DNA from: Trypanosoma brucei
Taxonomy: Eukaryota
Length of the DNA: 64,000 nt
Direction: 5' to 3'
Assembly (NCBI GenBank): GCA_000002445.1
Contig: CM000208.1
Span: forward strand, 2,336,001-2,400,000
The notes under the pieces are model-generated. The model ran no database searches, had not been told where the DNA came from, and was given only the letters and a program-made list of their open reading frames with translations. Numbering within the stretch: position 1 is the stretch's first letter; every line of letters starts with the position of its first letter. The position numbers and the translations under genes are program-made. Below, in pieces: positions 38,001-47,459 of the stretch.

Positions 38001-40658
38001 GAGGAACCCCGCGCCGTAGAGCGTCAGTATTCGCGGTTTCAACGCCGTACCCGACGCAACAGGACTATGTTGATGGTGGTTGACTACCTGTGGACGCCTC
38101 TTCGGGTGAATCTTGTTAATACCCCTGTTCAAGCAGGTAAGAAGAGGAGTTTGTCTAAATTCTTTCGCTTGCAGAAAGACTCCACCAATGCGGCTGATGC
38201 GGGCTCACCAAATGCTCAGGTGAGGGAATCAGTGTTAAGCGTACTCCCAACGACTCCATTGAGTTACATTGCAAAGTATATTATAATGCGGTTAAATGAA
38301 GCTTGCAACAACACGTGTGACCCCAAATCAGAGGACGCGGAGCAGCAGCGGCAGCAAGAATTAGCTGAGGAAAGTAATTTCGGGGCGACGTTAGCCCACC
38401 AGGAGGCAGCCGACACTCCAGTTGGTGTCAATGGCGGCGTTGGTGAAGAAACTGCACTGGGAGGCAACGTGATAAACTTTTTAAACCGCAGAGAGTCTAG
38501 GTTGTCGGATGCTTCGGATGCCGACGACGAGGAAAGCGTGACTTCTGGTGATGCATCTGAGTTTTCGGAAGGCCGCGACGGGGATTACTTAAGTGAACAT
38601 GTTCTCAGCACTGTGTCGGCAACCGTTTCTATGGTGCCTCAAGCGCCCTCAAATATTTGCAGTGGGCCTTTAGGTGGACTGAGGGCCTCACAAGTTGAAG
38701 GTAGCACTTCCACCACAATTACCATCGACAATGTTGTCTTCTTCTGCGGGGGCAAGCCCGTAACAGACTTAAGCATATCCGTTTTAGACCTTTGTGGGAG
38801 TTCCTATTGTCAAGCTTCTGGTTGGTCCGATCTCCACCAGAGTGATTCCGACGAGAATTGCGGTGATAATGCACCTGTACGACACACTAGTGGTGAACGA
38901 CTTCACTACTTGATGAAAAATGTGCTTTCACTGTGGTCATCTGTACATACAATTAACTATTCCATTGTAGGAATGCGTGCCAATGAAGAGCGACGCGGTA
39001 CAGATGGCGAAGAGGTGTTGGATATGAATGAAAATTCCCCGGTCGAAGTTTTTTCTCGTTTGTCGTACTCCCCCAGAGGAACCCCATTTTTGTGGGCTGC
39101 GGCGGACCTTCTGAATGAAATGGGCCAGTTAGTGCGCGCTGCAGGTGGTGCTCTCTCCATGGATGATCCACTGGTGTCGAGCGCTTTGTTCCATGAATTC
39201 TACAATCACTTTGGTGTGTTGATGTTGCCCGCACTCGCGTATGGTATTATCCACGCCTACCTGGCGGATCAGCAGGACCGTTATCTCATTAGCTCCGTCC
39301 TTTGGAAGTACCCACAAACTTTCAGCTACGAAATTAGGCGGACACTGCTGCATTTGCTACTTTCAGTCCGACGTATACACACGCCAGCAATAGTTAAGTT
39401 GAAAGAATGGGCGTCAGGCTCAAGTCCCATACCTCCTGTCCAGGGTTTAGAATGGCTACGGCCCGATTTGAACATGCGTGGAACTTACAGGGTTCGAGTG
39501 CAGAGGTTTAACATTTTTGAGAGCGGCGCACGTGTGCTTCGTCGTCATGCAATGTGTCCACTTACGCTAAGTGTGGAGTTTGAGAATGAGCTTGGTGTTG
39601 GGGCGGGACCTGCAGTGGAGTTCTATAATTTATTGGCGAGGAAATTTCAAGACGTGCAACTTCACATGTGGCGCACAGAGGAATTCACCGATGAATCTGC
39701 TAAAACCGCGCGGCGCGTTCAACTCCCGCTGTTCCCTTCACTATTTCAGGATGACGAATCGCTTTCCAATTTTGAGCTCCTCGGGATGTTAGTGGGACGG
39801 GTGCTAATGGAGGAACGTGTGGTGGACCTTCCGCTGAGTGAGTGCTTTCTTCGTGGCATTCTAGGAGACTTGGATGACACTAACCGGCTGCCATATATCG
39901 ATCCCCAACTCGATAAGCAGCTGGATTCATTGCTTAAACTCACGGCCAATGAACTAGAGGAATGCGAACTAATGTTCGTAATTCAGCACGGGGACGCGGA
40001 GCACAACGGGGGTATTGTAGAACTCTGCCCTAACGGGGCCACAACTCAGGTTTCTGCTATGAATGTCAATGAGTATGTTCAGGAGGTGCGGCGGTACTAT
40101 TCGAAGACGGCCCTCGCACGGCCCGTCTCGCATTTCATCCAGGGACTCCGGTATACACTTATTCCTTACCATCTGCGACTCTTTGATGCCAGAGAGCTCC
40201 AGCTTGTCATATCGGGACCCGAAGGGAAGATATGGGAAAGTGCAGGAGACCTTCTGACCGTCATTACAACTAACCACGGTTATGACAAAAACTCCCTGGT
40301 TGTGGCTTATTTTGTGGAAGTGGTTAGCAGCTGGGATGTTTCTCTACAGCGGTCCTTCCTGCGCTTTGTGACGGGCTCCACTCGCATTCCCATAGGAGGA
40401 CTGCGACCCCCCATAACAGTGGTACGTCGTTCGGTGGAGGTGGCTCCCGGAGAGGCCACAAACCAGTTGGATACTACAAACAACTTTCTGATGGACGATC
40501 GAGCTGAGGTGTTACAAAACCTAATGGACGCCTCACTTCCTACCGTGAACACATGTGCGCACTACCTTAAACTTCCAAACTATAGTTCAAAGAAAATACT
40601 GGAGGAGAGGCTGAAATTGGCCATAACAGAGGGACAGGGTACATTCTCGCTAACGTAG
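35052..40658 (+). CDS. HECT-type E3 ubiquitin ligase with armadillo-like repeats and a WWE domain (TRIP12/UFD4-like), 1868 aa
   Basis: The C-terminal HECT domain ends ...LPTVNTCAHYLKLPNYSSKKILEERLKLAITEGQGTFSLT, with the catalytic Cys in the TC context about 35 residues from the C-terminus. An internal WWE-like segment reads YIWQWEDDFHNWCDCTEDLSKRLEGEYIKQRRLSGYTVFE. The N-terminus is ARM/HEAT-like. Confidence 0.75.
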   Translation: MDEETTFPPQQQGKALISELRSVVNDYRNRKTVEAREKIIAAMDNTCASLCFGDEGFIRNLNPCSLASALVAVLTSTLATDYPEVQCLAVQALALVADLVPRGGFAVVAARGVQPLLLLLKELDASESTTLEELLRCLTNLAFEAHEQLMQHQAFSVIVSIERRLETHRLRMMCLKCLSHLLTLTSPEEWNIYLSKPCSSLMATFHEAVTRLMKDDCAGDRLSKDDEAYLLRLLECVALTFDRVLCSAKMIDRNSRMVEQLVSSLVVVINGAASMGSRGTALRNAACSPLLTLLFTDPAVTVRIFLKCHVLDSIYSNISGLLEKRPKQASYNGAAVISALMEEDLTAVPSVAEEQKVIPLLEFLLVVMPPSCTASDCDYYTTLPHYIWQWEDDFHNWCDCTEDLSKRLEGEYIKQRRLSGYTVFEVSNATSTLKINFSTMRYRSSESLHYPHNISRRPSIAGYIYRRPIRCQCDVKVTPNSSLPVEVALGRLVSLGAGTTTVLDGEPAVVSAGVPTGNAHSNEQSYCESASYSFGNIAAPSSSNQPSRGHGAHNGGVVEERGSHCCCVSVLRSLFRKLKGSGRSTAVPEAGKYGAGSALTSYEVLDDVRVELLRCAATRSNFLQERMIYRIIQQYLPILMRVVDSTANLIIVRHCSVLILRCVDLVIGYFRSGGRDQGQPTRTLWGLFCALGPSLATSLSYLTTSSTTHGSLTLSAAPFREFRCGSAFVLALSALDVTVGTRLPAMNLACETQLTSLSALMMLCSLCPIGVKALTKQQSLALLWKLERITGPAERSSQGGVHLLLEGHRVPPCPFHTKALQIEELRRTLVQQLCSLLWTNARAVDQMLPFKKCCLDISGDDQQDSQLGDSVAMGSPEGSVSPSASCTSLTYISSSGDLDGDTPRSRSTQVIKRLTRINEYMKEHSNDLPVFLYDQPELLKDLASALRSADVREVIGSKMNEVFSQLIKSLLRTICKYTGIGRLEEPRAVERQYSRFQRRTRRNRTMLMVVDYLWTPLRVNLVNTPVQAGKKRSLSKFFRLQKDSTNAADAGSPNAQVRESVLSVLPTTPLSYIAKYIIMRLNEACNNTCDPKSEDAEQQRQQELAEESNFGATLAHQEAADTPVGVNGGVGEETALGGNVINFLNRRESRLSDASDADDEESVTSGDASEFSEGRDGDYLSEHVLSTVSATVSMVPQAPSNICSGPLGGLRASQVEGSTSTTITIDNVVFFCGGKPVTDLSISVLDLCGSSYCQASGWSDLHQSDSDENCGDNAPVRHTSGERLHYLMKNVLSLWSSVHTINYSIVGMRANEERRGTDGEEVLDMNENSPVEVFSRLSYSPRGTPFLWAAADLLNEMGQLVRAAGGALSMDDPLVSSALFHEFYNHFGVLMLPALAYGIIHAYLADQQDRYLISSVLWKYPQTFSYEIRRTLLHLLLSVRRIHTPAIVKLKEWASGSSPIPPVQGLEWLRPDLNMRGTYRVRVQRFNIFESGARVLRRHAMCPLTLSVEFENELGVGAGPAVEFYNLLARKFQDVQLHMWRTEEFTDESAKTARRVQLPLFPSLFQDDESLSNFELLGMLVGRVLMEERVVDLPLSECFLRGILGDLDDTNRLPYIDPQLDKQLDSLLKLTANELEECELMFVIQHGDAEHNGGIVELCPNGATTQVSAMNVNEYVQEVRRYYSKTALARPVSHFIQGLRYTLIPYHLRLFDARELQLVISGPEGKIWESAGDLLTVITTNHGYDKNSLVVAYFVEVVSSWDVSLQRSFLRFVTGSTRIPIGGLRPPITVVRRSVEVAPGEATNQLDTTNNFLMDDRAEVLQNLMDASLPTVNTCAHYLKLPNYSSKKILEERLKLAITEGQGTFSLT

Positions 40659-41235
40659 CAGGTATATGTATATGTGTGCGTGTAGTCGTCCACGAGGACA
40701 AACTACAGAAAGTTGGTATGGTGCATTATAGCTAATGTGGGGTGGAGTGAGTGCGAGTGCGATCAGCTGGAGGGACAGGAAAAGTAAGAATGAGGAAGAA
40801 TACAAGTATGGGAGCATGTGTATCAACTTATTGGGGTGATGTGTTGTTGTCATAGTGCCGTTATTTTGCTTGTTCTGGTTTCGATTGGGATATGTAAGTG
40901 ACACATCATTTGGGAAACCGCACGTGAAACTGTGATTTCATCTCCAATTTTTTTTTCTGGACATCACTATTCAGCGCGTGAGCGTCATCCCGCTCCCGCC
41001 ACAGTCCTTTCTCTCTCCCTCTTTGTTTCTTCACAGCCGTTTCTGTCAATTAGCTCCCAGCGGTACGTCGATGGTGTGTTATTTACTCTCCATGGCTTCC
41101 TTTGTGATTAACACAATCACCAGAAATGCTTTGTTTTTGTCTTTGGTCCGACGTTGGTGGGAAATGGAAGGGAACGTTGGCGCCATGACCTCTGCTACTT
41201 AAATAGTATTGTTTTCCTTTTTTTTTTCCTCCTTT

Positions 41236-41264
41236 TGTGTGTGTGTGTGCATGTATGTATGTGT
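41236..41264. repeat. (TG)n/(ATGT)n microsatellite
   Basis: tgtgtgtgtgtgtgcatgtatgtatgtg seen directly in the long spacer. Confidence 0.85.
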
Positions 41265-41961
41265 TTTCTTTGCCAGATTGTATTATTCATGTGTAGGAGT
41301 GAAGATAATGCGGGTATTGTGTTATACCAGCTATCCGCTACAGGATGTGCGAAAAGTAAGTGAATGGAGCGAGTAGCGGTGAGGATTGTTGTGCCGAGTT
41401 TGAGCTTTTTATTATTGTTATTATTATTGTTATTAACTCTGTGAGAACTCACCCCTTTTCCTCCCTCGGGTTAACGTAAAGAGGAGAGAAGCAACCAGCA
41501 ACCCACAGTGTCGTGGGATGTGAAGTTCGAGAAGTGAATTGAAGGGGAAAGATACAAGGCCCTCAACTCCCGTTCACTGAGCAGAACAAAGCAGGGAAGA
41601 TACAACACCTCCATAAGGTTATTTTGATGCTAAACCTATTGTTCCTGTTGTGTTGGATTTGAAGTTTAGCAACTTTGAGTAGTACCAATGAATGAGTTCA
41701 GACTTTTCATCTTGTAATTGTTGTCGCTCGTTTTAATGATGTTGTTTAGTGCAACTCTTCACAAGGTGGTGGAGGTTGAAAGGTGAGCGTGTAAAAATGG
41801 TAACAGTGCCCAAATTCTCAATTGTGTATGAATGTAGGTTGTGTTCTGTCGATGTGAATCAGCTGCCAGCAAACGGAAACGTGGTGTATTCCAAGGGTTA
41901 GAGCAGCCTGGAAAAAAAAAATTCAAAAAAAAAAAAGAAGAACGTTGGTGTGTCTTCAACT

Positions 41962-42025
41962 ATATGTAAATAAATAAATATAAATAAATTAATTAATAAA
42001 TATATATATATATATATATATATAT
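41962..42025. repeat. (TAAA)n followed by (TA)12 microsatellite
   Basis: taaataaataaatataaataaattaattaataaa then tatatatatatatatatatatatat. Confidence 0.9.
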
Positions 42026-42453
42026 GCATGTGTGTTTATGTGCAAACTTGTACCTACAGGTGCATGCACACACAAACATATGTGCGACATTTGCACATTG
42101 TTTAGCGGTAGAGGGGATGGAGAAAAGAAGAAATGCAAGAAAAGAAAAAGAGAAAAAGAGAAAAGCACAAATGGAAACAAGTAATTAATAAAAAGAAAAT
42201 GACGATACTACACTTTGTGCCCATTCACTGTTGTTGGATTTGCTTTGAAGTGACGAAGGCAATTGGTGCGTGAAGTCCCCTTTGGTCTTGAGGTGACTGC
42301 TCTCACCCACAAGATCTGTTTTTTTTTTTTCTTCTGACTCTCTCCTTCTTATTTCCCTTTTTTCTCTTTGCTTTCTTCGGGTAATCTCGTTTTTTTCCTT
42401 TTTTTTTCTTCTTTGTTGGAAACAACAAATCACGGAAACGAAGTCAACGGCAT

Positions 42454-42487
42454 TAATAATAATAAGTATAATAATTATTATTATTAA

Positions 42488-42533
<46 letters not shown>

Positions 42534-42540
42534 TATATAC
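42454..42540. repeat. (ATT)n microsatellite (about 24 units) followed by (AT)n
   Basis: aataataataagtataataattattattattaatattattattatt... then tatatatatatatata. Confidence 0.9.
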
Positions 42541-43036
42541 ATAAAAAAAAATCACCTGGTGTAGTATTTCCATCCCCTTTTTCTTATTTTACGAAATATT
42601 TGGTGGGTTCTGAGTTTGGAAGGAAGTGATATCAGTGACTGGTTTGTTCCCTTCTGTCCTTTTTTTTATTTTCTGTCTTTTGTTTTTTTTTTCCTTCGTC
42701 GACTATTATGTTGTCTGGAAAAGGAGTGACGAAGCGCGGAAGCATGCGATAGGACGAGGGACTTTCGGTAATCTGTTTTTTTTTTCAATCACCTGCTGTT
42801 GCTCCCTGTTATTCGACGATGGAGCAGGGAAAGTTGCGTGTGTTTGTGTCTGTAAGGAAAAAAAAGCTGTGGTAAATTCGGTTGATAAATTTCTCCTCCA
42901 TTCCGCGCGGCAGTTAACAACAATAAAAAAAAATTTTCTGCTCCTTGGGCTTTGACGCCTCAATGCTTGCGCTTCTATCTTGTATAACCACCTGTTCGCG
43001 CTGTTCAATTAAAGAAAAAAAAATGGTGGTGGTGGT

Positions 43037-43089
43037 ATTTGTTTCTCTTTCTCTTTCTTTTTCCCCCTCCACTCCCTCCCTCTTTTCAG
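43037..43089 (+). promoter_or_regulatory. polypyrimidine tract ending in CAG, candidate trans-splice acceptor for the CDS at 43516
   Basis: tttgtttctctttctctttctttttccccctccactccctccctcttttcag. Confidence 0.4.
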
Positions 43090-43515
43090 CCGCTGCACCA
43101 TCTATTGGAGTATAATAAAAGGTGAGAGTAAACACCTTCCCTTGTTTTTTTTTCTGAGCATTCCGCGTGTTCCTACATTTGTGGTTGTATATATGTACAT
43201 GCACAATGATGGTAAGATGGTTGTGCTGTTCCTTAAAGAAGGGAGGTGTCTCCACACGAATTGCTTCTTATGTAATGTTTTTAGCTGTTATTCCCCTTGT
43301 TGATGTGCTACGCATTCTGGAGTCTTTATATATCTTCGTGTTTTGTGCTATTTGCCAATGTGTAACATCTGTGTTTGCTACATCTTCTTCTTTATAAATA
43401 GTCTGGTTTCATTAGTCACAGTTTCCTCATTGAAGGGAGAGAGAGGCACTTGCAGGAGGAAGAGATAGTGACTCAGGGATTGTGTTTTTTGAAGGTGGAA
43501 TAAAGTGCTAGGAAG

Positions 43516-44571
43516 ATGCTGCTCACAAAACTTGCGCCCATGAGGTCTGCAGCACGTCACATGCCGTTACTGTGCATCCCACTTCATACCGCTCGTCACA
43601 CTGCCACTGTGGGTGCGAGCGGCGCCTCTGGGCGTGTAGGGGAGGACCACCGCCACAGTTCATTGGAAGAGACTTTACTTCATCCTCCTTTCATTGGTTC
43701 GTCTTCACGCTTCACGTATGCCTTACCTGCTTTAGACTCCGATGATATAGCGGCTTTGGAGAGGGAAACACTTAACCATCACGAACCAAACTGCTGGAAC
43801 GACTACTGCTGTGTCTCCCTTGTGAAACTGCTCCGCTGGTGTGCCGATAAGTTATTCCGTGAGCGTTACATTCACAGGGCTACAATGTTGAAAGCGATTG
43901 CGCCTGCACCGGCGATGGCTGGGGCCATCGTTGCCAACCTGCGGATGTATTTGAGGAAAAAGGACGCGACATATTTGCCAAGTGACGGCAACTTTTCGTC
44001 AGAGGTTCGAGTGCTAATGGCGCAGATGGAGTCCCACGCCGCACATGTCAATATCCTCTTGTCAATGTGCGAGATAACGACCGTTGAGCGCGTCGCCGCC
44101 GTTCTTCTTTATGGGCTTCATTATTTCATATTTACCCTTCTATTCCTCCTGTATCCGCGAATGGCGTTTCGGCTTATGGGTTACCTTAACGAGGAATCCG
44201 TAGTTATTTGGACGCACATGATAAACGACGTAGAGTTGGGGAAGATTGTTGAGCGACCAATACCTCGTGCGGCGCTTCAGTACTGGGGACTTCATCGTTT
44301 CCACCACCGCCAGAAACAACAATCTCATACAAAGAGCTATGTCACAGAAAAAGAGGAAGAGGGTAGGAGGGTCATGCATAACAATGAAGCCTCTTCTGCC
44401 AACCCCAGTGGTGACGGTGCCGCAGAGAATGGAGGGGAGGATGGAGATGTGTCGAAGCGTGGACTTACGCTGCGTTATATGCTGCTGTTATTGCGCTCGG
44501 ATGAGATGGTCTGGCGCGACTCATGCCACGCGGCTGCGGACGCTATAGACGAAATGCACGAGGTGCAATAA
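43516..44571 (+). CDS. alternative oxidase (AOX)-like protein with non-canonical di-iron motif residues
   Basis: It aligns to the AOX four-helix core: [25 protein letters not shown] against AOX [35 protein letters not shown] against [24 protein letters not shown] against [28 protein letters not shown] against RADEAHHRDVNH. The N-terminal presequence looks mitochondrial ([17 protein letters not shown]). Confidence 0.6.
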   Translation: [351 protein letters not shown]

Positions 44572-45104
44572 AACTTTGTTAACGCTTGTTCCTTCGTTTT
44601 CTTATCTTGGCTCTCGCGGGACGTTAGGCGATACATCCACCAACGGGGCAGGGGAGGGGGACATTTGCCCTGCTGTCGAGTTGCTTGGAGGAATTATGGT
44701 GTGACATAGTCTGTCGTTTTTGTTATTCACACAACTACCGCCCCGTTTTAACGAAGCACACAAACTGCGACCCGAATGCTATGAAGGTCAGAGAAGGAAA
44801 AGAAATAGTTGATGGGAGACGTATTATTTCTCAATAGTTTGTCTCTAGTGCAAATTTTCTCTCACATTTCTTTACACCGTGTAATATATACGTATACATG
44901 TGCGTATGTCATCTTTTATTAGACCGCCACCCCCCCCCCCATGCTGGTGGTTTGCCTTCTGGGGGTACTGTGTTCAAGTGTCACCTTCCGCATCCCACAT
45001 TATTGTGTAGCCACTCTCTTCGGGGCATCTTCTCCGTTAAATTTTGCAGTGACGAAAAAGGGTTTAACGTTGGGTCGTAGCTTACAGGTGGTGTTAGGGC
45101 TACC

Positions 45105-47459
45105 ATGACGACCCACTTGTGGGCAAATTTTGTTACATCCCTGGAGTCCCGTGGCATCTCATTTCAGCACGTGCAACACGCATCTGACCGGAGTGCCGTA
45201 ATTTCAGCGGCAGGCTTTGGGGACCCCATTAGCGTTGCTATTTTGGAGACGGAATGGATGAAGCGTTGTGCACCCACCAGCACCCAACATGCTTCACCCG
45301 TGGGCGTATCCGACAAGGGCGCATTTGCCCCTCCACCTCCTCTCCAAGCGCCACAGACTGCTGCGGCAACCGTGAGCAGTCCCACAAGGCTCGCCCCCCA
45401 GTTTTCTGACCACACGAAACTGGAAGACGTTCCCGAGGAAATTCAAGATCGTGTCATCACAGCGGAGGTACTAGCCGCAGCCGTCGGCAACGGTGGCTCG
45501 CTTTTGCAGGCATCACGGGACGGTTTCGTGGTATCGAGATATGTGCCCGTTTCGATGCGCGGCCTCTGCAAGACCATAGTTCCCATCGCAGACTCTTTCG
45601 TAGCGCTACGGAAAGTTGAACGTGCAGAGTATATGGGAAAGAGCCTTGTTGCTATGGCTCTGGGTGAAGCGGTATCAGAAATTTGCACCAGTTACGCACA
45701 CGAGATTGCAAACCTGCAGAGGTGGTCCCAAAAGAAAGCAATGCCGCTGATGGGGGTCGTCTCAGAAGTTCTTCGTGCCGGCCACCACATCGTGCGGTTG
45801 CGGCAGGTACTGCCCACAGATTCAATTCTGGAGGAAGAAGGAACACTCTCCATGGCTGGGTGGCGGTTGCTCAACCACATCCATGAACAGGCTGAAAAAC
45901 ATTCGGGAAGCAGGGAGGACGATGAATTGCTGAACTTGTTACTTAGACGAGCATCAGTACCATACCTGCGGGTGTTGCACAGGTGGGTGCACGAGGGAGT
46001 AGTTGAGGACCCGTACGGAGAGTTTTTCATATCAGACGCATCCCTCCCCACTGGAGCAGCATCCACTACCACCGCAGCACCAGTTTCTGCTGTGGCAGGT
46101 ATGAAAAAGAGTGCAGTGAGGCGCATATTTCCCCCGTGTGGCGGAGGAGGCGACGATTACGGCGAGACAGGAATGGATGATGCGCATGCCTTTGAACGGC
46201 GCTTCTCGATGAATAAGAACATGGTTCCTAATTTTATTCTCACAAACACAAAGATGGCGAAGATAGTGTTCTATACCGGCAAATACTGCTGCCTGCTGCG
46301 GGAGTACAACGGCGCTCTCCCATCGTTCGGGGAATTATCGAACCAAATACTTATATGGTCTGGTGTTGACGAGTTGCATCGGCGTATAGAGGAGTCATAT
46401 GAAATTGCGAGTGGAGAGGTGTTACAGTTGTTTCTGGGACCGCAGGTCGATCTTTTGGGGCACCTTACATCGTTGAAGAGTTATTTCTTGCACCAACGTA
46501 GCGACTGGCTGATCGATTTTTTAGACAGTGCTGAGGAACTTCTCCTGAAGTCACCTTTTCAGGTGAAGGCGCATTCCGTTCGCGTGTTACTCCAAGCAGC
46601 AATCGCTAGGTGCTGTGGGAAAGACTTGTACCATACTCTCATTGGATGCAGCTTCTCGGGCACAACTGTTGCACAAGACATTATCAACTCACACGAACGG
46701 CAGAACGACGAGTCCCCTCAACGCGCATCCACAAACGGCAGGAGGAGCGCCACGCGTATTGAGACACGTTGTTGTATAGAGCTGCTTCAACTTGAGGCTG
46801 ACCTAAAATGGCCACTCACAATGGTCATTGACCCCCCTGTTCTTGAGCAGTTCAACATCGTCTTCCGTCTTTTCACGTGGCTGAAAACCTGTGAACGGGA
46901 CGTTACCACGTCGTGGACGGGGGATACCGATTTGGATCCTCACTACCAGCGTGCATATATCATTAAGCATCAACTCATTCAGTTCATCAGGCAATTTCAG
47001 TTCTATGCAGCACATTTCGTTGTGGAGCCGCTTTGGGGTCGGATGATGAATCGGATATGCCAGGCTGATAGCATTTTCGCCGTAAATAGTGCATTGAAAG
47101 ATTTCTTCAAGGGTATCGAGCTTGGTCTGGTGCTTTCTAGCGCCACTCGTTTCCGTAGTCTCGCACGTATTCTGGAGATAGCCTCCGTTTTCAGTGAAAC
47201 AGGGAGACCAGGTGCGGCCCAGGGGCTTAGCGAGCAACGGCTGCAGGAAATATTACAGGATGTGGAAACGCAGTTTCTTAAAGCTCTTTCCGAGCTCGCT
47301 TCCCCTGTGGGAGCCGACTATCCACAACTTGTGCCGCTTTTGACGTGGATTGACTTCAGCGGCTATTACGACCGCAACGGAGTATACCGCGTGCTGTACT
47401 CCGCAAGTGCCGCTACCGAACCGGTGTCTTCCTCAGCCACGGACAGGCGAAAGCGTTGA
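45105..47459 (+). CDS. gamma-tubulin complex component (GCP/Spc97-Spc98 family; GCP2/GCP3-like)
   Basis: The length and conserved GRIP-motif regions fit the family: LNLLLRRASVPYLRVLHRWVHEGVVEDPYGEFFI (GRIP1-like) and KAHSVRVLLQAAIARC...LQLEADLKWPLTMVIDPPVLEQFNIVFRLFTWLKTCERDV...YAAHFVVEPLW (GRIP2-like). Confidence 0.7.
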   Translation: MTTHLWANFVTSLESRGISFQHVQHASDRSAVISAAGFGDPISVAILETEWMKRCAPTSTQHASPVGVSDKGAFAPPPPLQAPQTAAATVSSPTRLAPQFSDHTKLEDVPEEIQDRVITAEVLAAAVGNGGSLLQASRDGFVVSRYVPVSMRGLCKTIVPIADSFVALRKVERAEYMGKSLVAMALGEAVSEICTSYAHEIANLQRWSQKKAMPLMGVVSEVLRAGHHIVRLRQVLPTDSILEEEGTLSMAGWRLLNHIHEQAEKHSGSREDDELLNLLLRRASVPYLRVLHRWVHEGVVEDPYGEFFISDASLPTGAASTTTAAPVSAVAGMKKSAVRRIFPPCGGGGDDYGETGMDDAHAFERRFSMNKNMVPNFILTNTKMAKIVFYTGKYCCLLREYNGALPSFGELSNQILIWSGVDELHRRIEESYEIASGEVLQLFLGPQVDLLGHLTSLKSYFLHQRSDWLIDFLDSAEELLLKSPFQVKAHSVRVLLQAAIARCCGKDLYHTLIGCSFSGTTVAQDIINSHERQNDESPQRASTNGRRSATRIETRCCIELLQLEADLKWPLTMVIDPPVLEQFNIVFRLFTWLKTCERDVTTSWTGDTDLDPHYQRAYIIKHQLIQFIRQFQFYAAHFVVEPLWGRMMNRICQADSIFAVNSALKDFFKGIELGLVLSSATRFRSLARILEIASVFSETGRPGAAQGLSEQRLQEILQDVETQFLKALSELASPVGADYPQLVPLLTWIDFSGYYDRNGVYRVLYSASAATEPVSSSATDRRKR

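Noticed and set aside
41725-41760. aatgatgttg (C-box-like UGAUG) in the long spacer, considered as a possible C/D snoRNA
   Set aside because: No paired D box (CUGA) at appropriate spacing and no terminal stem or guide-like region that I can see by eye. Needs a snoRNA scanner, so it is not reportable as a feature.
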